Origin: a virus | Taxonomy: Duplodnaviria > Heunggongvirae > Uroviricota > Caudoviricetes | Strand: one strand, 5' to 3' | Length of the DNA stretch: 64,000 nucleotides | Virus record (IMG/VR): IMGVR_UViG_3300045921_000484 | Span: 25,258-89,257 of that record | Shown: positions 38,937 through 47,257 of the stretch, one piece after another | Numbering within the stretch: position 1 is the first letter of the stretch | How the letters are laid out: every line of letters starts with the position of its first letter | Notes under the pieces: model-generated | What the model saw: only the letters and a program-made list of their open reading frames with translations | The model's database searches: none | Told to the model about the DNA's origin: nothing | Position numbers and translations under genes: made by a program

Positions 38937-39407
38937 ATGAGAGTTATGAAGTTTTCAAAATTTATCAAACACTACATTCTAGGTGAATCTATTAAAGATA
39001 TAGAGATGAATAGAATATTGGACAAAATGAATAAGAATATGGAGCTTACTGACAGAGAGAAGAGGTTTAGAGATTTATATAGTCAATTAAGTGATGAAGA
39101 CTTCAAAGACTATATGTACTTATCTAAAAATTCAGCCTTTGATGTTTTAAGTAAGCTATTAAATAATAATAAGAAGGTAATTTGTGACTTACATGATAGA
39201 AATGGTAAGTTTGGCCTTCAAGTAATTGATATTACTAATGATTTCGAGAATGAGACTTGTATCATTACGATGAAAGGTAATGAGAAGCATGAACTACACG
39301 ATAGATATCTTTATAATATTATCTATAATAATATAAAAGATGAGTATTCATTACAAGAACAAGATGAGTACTTTGAAAAAATTCCAGTTGGTAAGGATGA
39401 ATATTAA
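38937..39407 (+). CDS. Hypothetical protein
   Basis: 156 aa after TAATATATAAG. Confidence 0.7.
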   Translation: MRVMKFSKFIKHYILGESIKDIEMNRILDKMNKNMELTDREKRFRDLYSQLSDEDFKDYMYLSKNSAFDVLSKLLNNNKKVICDLHDRNGKFGLQVIDITNDFENETCIITMKGNEKHELHDRYLYNIIYNNIKDEYSLQEQDEYFEKIPVGKDEY

Positions 39408-39669
39408 GAATTTTAGGCAATTTTTCGAGGCTATTTCTGGAACAGAACTTGTTGGTCCTGTTGGACCGGCTTATGGTGAAACTAGATTGCAGAATAAGAA
39501 TGTATATAAACATCACACTAATGTTATCTATTCAGATTTAGATGATAAATTTTATACCATTGATGAATATAACGATTTATACGGTGAGTATCTTAAAAAT
39601 GGAGGCAGTCCACTCATTGGTTTTAGTAAGGAAAATATAGACAAGATATTAATATACTTAAAAGAGTAA
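39397..39669 (+). CDS. Small protein with CTS-like N-terminus
   Basis: Likely start MNIKNFRQFFEA at 39397, overlapping the previous stop. Confidence 0.6.
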   Translation: MNIKNFRQFFEAISGTELVGPVGPAYGETRLQNKNVYKHHTNVIYSDLDDKFYTIDEYNDLYGEYLKNGGSPLIGFSKENIDKILIYLKE

Positions 39670-39709
39670 ATTTTTTTAATATATATTTTTTGATAAAAAC
39701 AAAAATCAA

Positions 39710-41062
39710 ATGAATCAATATAACAACGACATGAGTAAATTAGTAACATTAAATGGTATTGACGATCAGGAATTACTTAATGAGTTATTCAATGATGAGA
39801 TAACTGTCTTTGAAGATGTGCAGGGGAGTAAAATATGGGTTAATTGGAACGGTAAAGAGTTTATAATTAAACCAAAGTCAATATCAAATGATCCCATTAG
39901 TCTTATAGATTTAGCAATGCAGAATTACTATAATCCTGCTATTAATTATTTTAATTCTCTCGATGAAAGAATTAAGGGACTTCTAAATAAGAAATGGTGG
40001 TTTTGTTTTGAGTATTTTCCTGATAATCAACCAGCTAATATTGAATACTCAAGAGTTCCAAAGAATAATTTAGTATTAACTTCTATTAATAAGGGTGGTA
40101 ATAAATATGAACTCAATCTTGAAGAGATAGATGAGTATTCTAGATTATTTGATGTTGATATGATACCGGTTGTCTTTCAAGGTAAATTGACTGAGAGAAT
40201 GATAGAGGCTATTAAGTATTTTATTAATACGAGTGAGAAAGACCTTGAATATATATTTGGTGAGAAATCATTTTCCTTTTTCTTTTATAAGATATTGAAT
40301 CCAAGATCAAATGGTTCTTTCTTAATGGAGGATGAATATCAAAGTAATTTAGAAAAATTAATAATAAGAACTAAATCAAAAGATATTTCATTTGAGCTTC
40401 TTAATCCTTTATATAAAAGGATAAGTGATAATAATTCAACCGAGTTTGTTGAAATATACACACTAATACTTGTTAACTTTCTTAGTTTTTGTCAATCGGT
40501 TGATATGTCTGATATTAAATTGAAAGGTGATAAGAAAGATGAAGTTTATCTATACCTAATGTGTAAGTTATTCAACATATATGTTTCTGAGGTTAAACAA
40601 GACTTGCTGAATTTTGAATTTACAGTTCCAGCATTCTTTGATAAGGAGAAATTCAAAATTAATACTGAGTTAATACCAAATAAATTGACAAAAGAATATA
40701 TACAAGAAAGTGATAAATTAGAGTACATTTTCAAAGTTATACTTGGTTCATTTAATAAAAAGAGAAAGAAAGCAATAGGTGTTTTTACAGATAACACCGT
40801 TTCGATATTTAATAGTTTTGTTGATGATATATCAAATTACATTGAGAAGTACCTAAATAAAATACATGAGGTTGAACTTAATAGAGCAGGTCTACTTGAC
40901 TTTGGAGATTTTTTTGAGATTAAGTATGATCAAGATGGTGAAGGTGAAATTTATCCTGATGTCTATTCTGAGTTTGAAAAAGGAGTTTCTGATGAAAAGA
41001 AGAAAAAAGGTGGAATTAAAGGTAAAGTTCCACCATCTGAACCTACTGAAAGCACTAAATAA
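39710..41062 (+). CDS. RNA ligase 2-like nucleotidyltransferase fold lacking the catalytic Lys
   Basis: VFEDVQGS (motif I position, K replaced by D), FCFEYF (III), MIPVVFQG, LEKLIIR (IV), FELLNP (V). Confidence 0.5.
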   Translation: MNQYNNDMSKLVTLNGIDDQELLNELFNDEITVFEDVQGSKIWVNWNGKEFIIKPKSISNDPISLIDLAMQNYYNPAINYFNSLDERIKGLLNKKWWFCFEYFPDNQPANIEYSRVPKNNLVLTSINKGGNKYELNLEEIDEYSRLFDVDMIPVVFQGKLTERMIEAIKYFINTSEKDLEYIFGEKSFSFFFYKILNPRSNGSFLMEDEYQSNLEKLIIRTKSKDISFELLNPLYKRISDNNSTEFVEIYTLILVNFLSFCQSVDMSDIKLKGDKKDEVYLYLMCKLFNIYVSEVKQDLLNFEFTVPAFFDKEKFKINTELIPNKLTKEYIQESDKLEYIFKVILGSFNKKRKKAIGVFTDNTVSIFNSFVDDISNYIEKYLNKIHEVELNRAGLLDFGDFFEIKYDQDGEGEIYPDVYSEFEKGVSDEKKKKGGIKGKVPPSEPTESTK

Positions 41063-41244
41063 TGAATATGGGAGAAGTTAAAGTTGGTACCTTTTCTGTT
41101 AAGGCGGAATTTACTAGAATAATGGTTGATGATTTAAACAATATGAAACCATTTGATATTGCTAAGATTGAAGATGAAATATTAAAGAGACTTAATCGAC
41201 CCTCTTATAGAAAAAAAATAATAAATAAAATTTTTAATTTATAA
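41062..41244 (+). CDS. Small hypothetical protein with RKKIINKIF tail
   Basis: 60 aa, coupled to the upstream stop. Confidence 0.55.
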   Translation: MNMGEVKVGTFSVKAEFTRIMVDDLNNMKPFDIAKIEDEILKRLNRPSYRKKIINKIFNL

Positions 41245-41274
41245 ACATCATGAATTTTAATTCATAAAATTTCT

Positions 41275-42510
41275 ATGAGTGTTTTAAGTGTAGTTAATAT
41301 ATCTGATATCAAAGGATATAAGTCAATAAGACAGAAGTTAGAGTCCAAAAAGAGCAGTCTTCAATTTTTACCACAACAATTAGAGGTTCTTTCTAAAGAA
41401 AAGACCTTTATCTATAAAGGTCAGAAACTAAAATCAGCTTATATAATTGATATCATGCATAATCTTATACTAAAGTATTACTTTAAGAAGGAAAATAAGT
41501 TCCATTTATCATCCTTGATTCTTAAAGAGAAGTATGGATATCTATATAATTACTATATGGACTATTTATTAGATACTGGAATGCTTGTTCTGCTATTAAA
41601 GCATCAAAAAGGTAAGAATTCTAGAATATACGCTATAAGAGAAACCGTATTACGTTCGAAGATTTCTAGATATAATAACTCAGACAAATCTCTTCTTAGA
41701 AAATATAAGAACAAATTTTCACAGGTTGAAGAAGATGGAATAGAAAATTCACTAATTGATACTGATATTAAGACTAAGCTTGTTAATGATCTTTTCCACA
41801 TAGACATTCAATTTGACAAATCTATATTCTATCTTGATAATATAAAAGAAGATGATGTTGATATTTATAATAGAAATAAGTATAGTGTTGAGTGTATAAA
41901 TGACAAACACATTTTCTATCACTTTGATAATTATGGTAGAATGCACACAAACTTTACAATCCTTAAATCATTTATTAGAAAGAATTGTTTACTTATAGAT
42001 GGTGAGTGCACACATGAAATAGACATTAAGAATAGTCAACCTTTGTTTTTAACAAAACTTATTCAAGATAGTAATACTAAATGGGTATTACCTGATGAAT
42101 TTGAGTTATTCAAGGCACTTACTATAAGTGGTAGGTATTATCAATATATAATGGACAATTTTGGTATAAAAGATAAATCTACTGTTAAGGAATTAACATA
42201 TAAAGTTCTATTTGGTCGAAACGGATCTAATAGTAAGGCTGATAAGATGTTCTCCAAACTTTTCCCAACAATACATAATTTCATAAAACTATATAAGAAG
42301 GAAAATGGGGATTATAGAGTTTTGGCATATGAACTACAAAAGGCTGAATCTAATTTAATTTTTAATAAAATTATACGACAAATAATGACTTTATATCCTG
42401 ATATAAAGATAGTTACTGTACATGATAGTATCATCGTTCCGATAAGTAGAAAAGATGAGGTTAATGCCATTTTTAAGGTTAAACTATATGAGGAATTTGG
42501 ACTAATTTAG
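41275..42510 (+). CDS. Minimal superfamily-A polymerase palm protein (TV-Pol/PolA/T7-RNAP-like)
   Basis: YGRMHT, EIDIKNSQP (motif A), VKELTYKVLFG (motif B), LQKAES, TVHDSII (motif C); no exonuclease domain. Confidence 0.65.
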   Translation: MSVLSVVNISDIKGYKSIRQKLESKKSSLQFLPQQLEVLSKEKTFIYKGQKLKSAYIIDIMHNLILKYYFKKENKFHLSSLILKEKYGYLYNYYMDYLLDTGMLVLLLKHQKGKNSRIYAIRETVLRSKISRYNNSDKSLLRKYKNKFSQVEEDGIENSLIDTDIKTKLVNDLFHIDIQFDKSIFYLDNIKEDDVDIYNRNKYSVECINDKHIFYHFDNYGRMHTNFTILKSFIRKNCLLIDGECTHEIDIKNSQPLFLTKLIQDSNTKWVLPDEFELFKALTISGRYYQYIMDNFGIKDKSTVKELTYKVLFGRNGSNSKADKMFSKLFPTIHNFIKLYKKENGDYRVLAYELQKAESNLIFNKIIRQIMTLYPDIKIVTVHDSIIVPISRKDEVNAIFKVKLYEEFGLI

Positions 42511-42710
42511 TATTTTTATATAAATAAACACATTATGAAGACATTTTATCTTTAAGTAAAACTAACAAATCTTATATTTTAAAAAGTGGATGCTGACTTT
42601 ATAAGTAAATTATTGAAATCGGAAAATATATTCAAAAGACTATCAAAAGAAGATCTATTAAAGATATTTTTCGTCACATATAAGGTATAATTTTTTTAAT
42701 ATATACCACC

Positions 42711-43253
42711 ATGATGATAGGCTTAGAGCAACCAAACACATCCTATATTATTTTATCTTCTGATAAGTTAGAAGATATGATTTCTATTCTTTATGCAAAA
42801 GATTATCAAATAATTCCAATAAAAGGTTATTACCGAGGCCAGTATGAGGATTCTGTTATGGCATTTGGTAGAGTCGATAATGATAATTTAAGAAAGGATG
42901 TATTATTCTTATTAAATCATTTTCACCAAGAATGTGCTATAATTAAGTATTTGGATGAGACCAAAGCTAAGAAGATATTTAAGGATGGGTCTGAGAAGCC
43001 ATTAGGCATTGTTATGTATAATACAGATTCTGAGAACAAATCATATCTATATAATGGCCTTTCATTTTCGTTTGTGGAAGCTGTTAGATATTGGAAGCCA
43101 ACTAAAAAAGAAGACTTTAAGGTTGGTATGATAGTAGAGTACCTAAATAACAATAAGTGGTACGAGAAAAAAGTAGAAAATCCTTCAGAAGAATATGAGA
43201 GGCTTTACAAGCTTTTAATTAAATATGATAAAGTTAGAGTTGCTTCTAAATAA
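42711..43253 (+). CDS. Hypothetical protein (weak DUF3293-like pattern)
   Basis: IKGYYRGQYEDS...FHQECAI; preceded by TTTTAATATATA. Confidence 0.65.
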   Translation: MMIGLEQPNTSYIILSSDKLEDMISILYAKDYQIIPIKGYYRGQYEDSVMAFGRVDNDNLRKDVLFLLNHFHQECAIIKYLDETKAKKIFKDGSEKPLGIVMYNTDSENKSYLYNGLSFSFVEAVRYWKPTKKEDFKVGMIVEYLNNNKWYEKKVENPSEEYERLYKLLIKYDKVRVASK

Positions 43254-43995
43254 CATCAAACCATTGAATTTTATTTTCCCACTTACCTAATTCACTTAGG
43301 AAATAATGATCACTTGTCAGACTTTTAACAAGTGTTAATCCTGTTTCTATTTTTTTCTCAGTCCTCATAATTATGACTTTATTTGGTGATATATTAGGAT
43401 CTATTACAACATCCATTCCAGCAATTTTTTTTAGCGAAATAATTGATTCAGTGATATTAACAGATTGTGTGAAATGATGATCGAATGGTATTAAATGTGA
43501 TATTGCGTTATATCCAGATATGACCGTTGTTCCGGGACCAGTTCTTCCTTTTGATGCTATTAGATTACTTAATAGTAAACATTTGGTTATTATTTTTCTA
43601 CAAAGTACATCTGCATCCATACCAGATGAATATATTGGTTGATGTGGAGATGGCGTTAAAGTTAATGATTCTAACTTTTTAATTACTTCTTTCCATAAAT
43701 CATCATAATTTGTAAATATATTAGAGGATATATTCTTTGACATCATTCTCGGTGAGATTGAAGGTATATACATCTCATTGTCTATTTGATTTTCAGATGA
43801 AAACTTCTCAAATTCATCAACTTTATTATCAATTATAGCATCTATTACCTTTTCCCTTCTTTCACTAATAATCTGTCTTTTTTCCTCGTCTTCATCATAT
43901 ATAAAATCCATATATGATATTTTTATAACTGGTAATCCATTTGTGTTTAATTCGGAATAATTACATATTAATTGTAAATCATATTTGGTTATCAT
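43246..43995 (-). CDS. Hypothetical protein
   Basis: 249 aa at the end of the glycosylation operon. Confidence 0.7.
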   Translation of the reverse strand: MITKYDLQLICNYSELNTNGLPVIKISYMDFIYDEDEEKRQIISERREKVIDAIIDNKVDEFEKFSSENQIDNEMYIPSISPRMMSKNISSNIFTNYDDLWKEVIKKLESLTLTPSPHQPIYSSGMDADVLCRKIITKCLLLSNLIASKGRTGPGTTVISGYNAISHLIPFDHHFTQSVNITESIISLKKIAGMDVVIDPNISPNKVIIMRTEKKIETGLTLVKSLTSDHYFLSELGKWENKIQWFDVI

Positions 43996-44746
43996 ACTTA
44001 TTTTTCATTCCTATTTTTTGAAGATTATTTGGATTTATAGTTTTAGCCAAATCTTCTTTAGTCATTGCTCCAAATTTTTGCAACAGTTGTAGGTTTCTTT
44101 GATATAGTCTCATATCAGGATTCTCCCTAGTATGATATAAGTGATAGCACTTATATGGTAGTTCCGTGTAGTTTAAAAAATGTTTAACTTTCAAAGATAC
44201 GAAATCATCTTCAGCTCCCCATCCAATAAAATCTTCATTCCATCCTCCTATTTTTATAATAGCATCTTTTCTAAACATACAAATTCCACCACATAAAGGT
44301 ACTTTTTGATGATCGGTTTCTCCTCTACCTGGTCTATCTATTTTTAGAATATTTTCTAATGGTAAATTAGACTCATTAGCATTTAAATCAATTACTGATT
44401 TATAAGGATTAACCATTTCATATTGTTGAAGAGCTTTTAGACCCTCAATAAACTGATTGGGATCCATAATTAGATCCGAGTCAGCATATACTATGATTGG
44501 AGAATTTGAGTATTTAATTGCTACATTAAATGCCCAAGATTTATTATATGGTATGTTTGATTTTAAGAAAATATGTTTTGCTCTAAGATTTAGATGTTTA
44601 ATTTTAGAGTGTTTATCTTGTTCTATTAGAAGAACTTCGACACCTTGGAATCCATTAATCCATTCAAGTACTCTTTTTAGATTATTCAATCTGTCTGGCT
44701 TGTGTCTATACCCTATTACATAAGTGAAAGCATATGGTTGAATCAT
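43979..44746 (-). CDS. GT-A glycosyltransferase (GT2/GT7 C-terminal-like)
   Basis: YNKSWAFN, YADSD (DxD), GGWNEDFIGWGAEDD. Confidence 0.85.
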   Translation of the reverse strand: MIQPYAFTYVIGYRHKPDRLNNLKRVLEWINGFQGVEVLLIEQDKHSKIKHLNLRAKHIFLKSNIPYNKSWAFNVAIKYSNSPIIVYADSDLIMDPNQFIEGLKALQQYEMVNPYKSVIDLNANESNLPLENILKIDRPGRGETDHQKVPLCGGICMFRKDAIIKIGGWNEDFIGWGAEDDFVSLKVKHFLNYTELPYKCYHLYHTRENPDMRLYQRNLQLLQKFGAMTKEDLAKTINPNNLQKIGMKNKYDNQI

Positions 44747-44792
44747 TAAATAATATTATTTTTTTTATTTATACTAATGTATTTCAAATTGT

Positions 44793-45323
44793 TTATTTTT
44801 TTATACCATAAAAGTATAAATCCTTATGGTGATAATTTATTTCAAATTCAAATAATTCAAATTGATCTGTATTAAGATGTGATTTAATATCATCTATATT
44901 TAGATTTTTATAATAATCGCCTACAAATGGCGCGTCATTAGGTGATGTTCTTTTTGTTCCGTGCTCAGGTCTACCTTCGGTTGCACATGTTATTATCATT
45001 AGTCCTCCACTTTTTGTTAATTCAAACATCTTTTTAATAGTTAAATAATAAAATTCATCATGCTCTAAACATTCTGTTGATATTACAATATCAAACTTAT
45101 TTTCTGTTTCATATTCATGTGCTCTGCATATAACATCAACGTTATTACCTTCACCTATATCTATACCTATGTATGTATATTCTTTAAAAAGATAGTGGTT
45201 GTTTCCGTTTATATCTAATGATCCAATATCGATTACGCTACAGTTCTCGAATTTTTCAGGAAATTTTTTTTTTATCTTTAGTAGGAAATCTACTTGATCC
45301 TTATGTGCCATTACTTCCACCAA
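44793..45323 (-). CDS. Class I SAM-dependent methyltransferase
   Basis: VIDIGS, YIGIDI, FDIVISTECLEHD, TKSGGLMII. Confidence 0.85.
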   Translation of the reverse strand: MVEVMAHKDQVDFLLKIKKKFPEKFENCSVIDIGSLDINGNNHYLFKEYTYIGIDIGEGNNVDVICRAHEYETENKFDIVISTECLEHDEFYYLTIKKMFELTKSGGLMIITCATEGRPEHGTKRTSPNDAPFVGDYYKNLNIDDIKSHLNTDQFELFEFEINYHHKDLYFYGIKK

Positions 45324-45970
45324 TTTTTATTATATAAGTCCTTTCTAATCCAAACCGAATCTGTTTGTGGCCAAGCTGACTTTATAGCGGTTAGTATAAA
45401 TCCTTTATCTATTAAATATTTTTCAACTTCACTGTATGTTATTTGGTTACTCCATACCGGTATATGTTCATTTTCAATATGAATACATTTTACCTTTTTT
45501 ATTTCATCGCCAAATCCTTCTAGAACTTCCATGCTATGACCCTCTACGTCTATTTTTAAAATATCTATCGATGATATTCCGTTATTGATCATAAATGAAT
45601 CCATTCTTTTACCTGTTATAAAATACTTTGTATAATTAACACCATTTCTATCATGTATTGATGATATTCCTTGATTCTTTATACCATCATTCACACCATT
45701 GAATTCTATTTCACAATCTTTGTTTGTGGCTGCAAATTCATATACTTTGAATTTTGGATATTTTTGCTTTATTTTCTTTGAATATACCGGATGAGCTTCT
45801 ATTATATTTATATCAATGTTTTTGAAAATATCACTTAATATTTTCATATCATTTCCGTGTAGAGACCCAATCTCCACTACTACTTTTGGATCTATTGTTT
45901 TTTGTAATATTATAATGTCTGAAAGCTCATACATATTTATTAGTATTCTATGATAAAGGTGTTCGTGCAT
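45311..45970 (-). CDS. FkbM-family methyltransferase
   Basis: VVEIGSLHG, IIEAHP, IDILKIDVEGHSMEVLEG. Confidence 0.88.
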   Translation of the reverse strand: MHEHLYHRILINMYELSDIIILQKTIDPKVVVEIGSLHGNDMKILSDIFKNIDINIIEAHPVYSKKIKQKYPKFKVYEFAATNKDCEIEFNGVNDGIKNQGISSIHDRNGVNYTKYFITGKRMDSFMINNGISSIDILKIDVEGHSMEVLEGFGDEIKKVKCIHIENEHIPVWSNQITYSEVEKYLIDKGFILTAIKSAWPQTDSVWIRKDLYNKNWWK

Positions 45971-46712
45971 TGTAATTATCTATTTTTTTAAATATCTCTT
46001 TCATATTATCACTTGATATTGATTCTAATTCAAGAAAATCTTTAGAATTTCTAAACTTTATCCATTTTTTCTTCCACTTTTCTATACCCCATCCTGCTGG
46101 ATCTCTATTTGGCGAAACATGTATTCCATGTACTGGTCTCATAGTTTTTTCATAATCAATTCTATTTTTACTTTTTACAAATTCATATAGGAAGACTTCA
46201 TCATGATTCAGCATTCCTTTTTTTGCATATATCTCTATATCACCAATCGGATAGTAGTTTTCCCATTTAGTGAAGTGTAGTCCGGTCATCCTTCTCCATC
46301 CTGAATTATCATTTTTTGGCCTAACTATATTACTATACCCTAAACCAGATGATTTCATATCTTCTATATGAAATTTAGATACATCCTCTAAAGAAATTAT
46401 ATCCACATCACTTATGTAAACATATTCATTTTTTGTTATAGGCTCTTCTATAAATCTTATAATGTTGGCGCAAGGTTTATATTCTTTACCATTGATTTTT
46501 TTATTTGAAAAATCTACCTCTCTTATTATGAAGTTACTATAATTATTACTTATTAGATTAAGAGAATTTGATGTGTATTTATCAATATCCATGATACTAT
46601 CAACTCCAATTTCTATAAACGCGTCTTTATTGAAGTATAAGGATGATAGTATAAATATTGGAATAAATTCTTTATATTTACCGTTACAACAAGTGTATAT
46701 TGTTAAATTCAT
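45948..46712 (-). CDS. Probable GT-A-fold glycosyltransferase
   Basis: YVYISDVDII (DxD), YSNIVR, DEVFL. Confidence 0.5.
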   Translation of the reverse strand: MNLTIYTCCNGKYKEFIPIFILSSLYFNKDAFIEIGVDSIMDIDKYTSNSLNLISNNYSNFIIREVDFSNKKINGKEYKPCANIIRFIEEPITKNEYVYISDVDIISLEDVSKFHIEDMKSSGLGYSNIVRPKNDNSGWRRMTGLHFTKWENYYPIGDIEIYAKKGMLNHDEVFLYEFVKSKNRIDYEKTMRPVHGIHVSPNRDPAGWGIEKWKKKWIKFRNSKDFLELESISSDNMKEIFKKIDNYNARTPLS

Positions 46713-47257
46713 AGTAAGTGTGTTTTGTTTTTTGGATCAGGCCATCGATACCAATGATAGATGTACACACCTTTCATAAGATATATTTTTTCACCATTCT
46801 TTTGTATTTTCCAGTGTAAGTCATTATCTATACCTAACATACCACCCTCTTCGAACTTTCCAATTTTTTCCCATATATCTTTTCTAAGTAATATCATAAC
46901 ACCACTCATTACTTCATTTCTATTTACATTTGATACGTCTATACAATTAGTTCCAAATATTGTTTGGAGTGATAATCCAAATTCCCTATGATATTCTATA
47001 TCATTTGATTGTGTATCCACACCTGGTGCTATTTGCCATTTACATCCGACTCTGTTTGTGTAGCAAGTGAAACAACCAACTTCCGGATTTTCAGATACTA
47101 CTTTTTCAATTATGTGTCCATAATTTGATGTGGTAAATATTGTATCTCCGTCAACAAAACAAGCAAAGTCATCTTTATTTGGTAGATTCTCCATGAATTG
47201 GTTATAATATTTTCCAATGTTTTTTTCTGTGCTATACGGTATTGAATAATATATCAT
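46709..47257 (-). CDS. Small GT2-like glycosyltransferase
   Basis: IGKYYNQFM, FACFVDGDTIF, SGVMILL, GIDND, GVYIYHWY. Confidence 0.65.
   Translation of the reverse strand: MIYYSIPYSTEKNIGKYYNQFMENLPNKDDFACFVDGDTIFTTSNYGHIIEKVVSENPEVGCFTCYTNRVGCKWQIAPGVDTQSNDIEYHREFGLSLQTIFGTNCIDVSNVNRNEVMSGVMILLRKDIWEKIGKFEEGGMLGIDNDLHWKIQKNGEKIYLMKGVYIYHWYRWPDPKNKTHLL

Noticed and set aside
42586-42690. 34-codon GTG-start ORF in the gap after the polymerase-like gene
   Set aside because: Too short, no recognisable motif or start context; cannot be told apart from chance.
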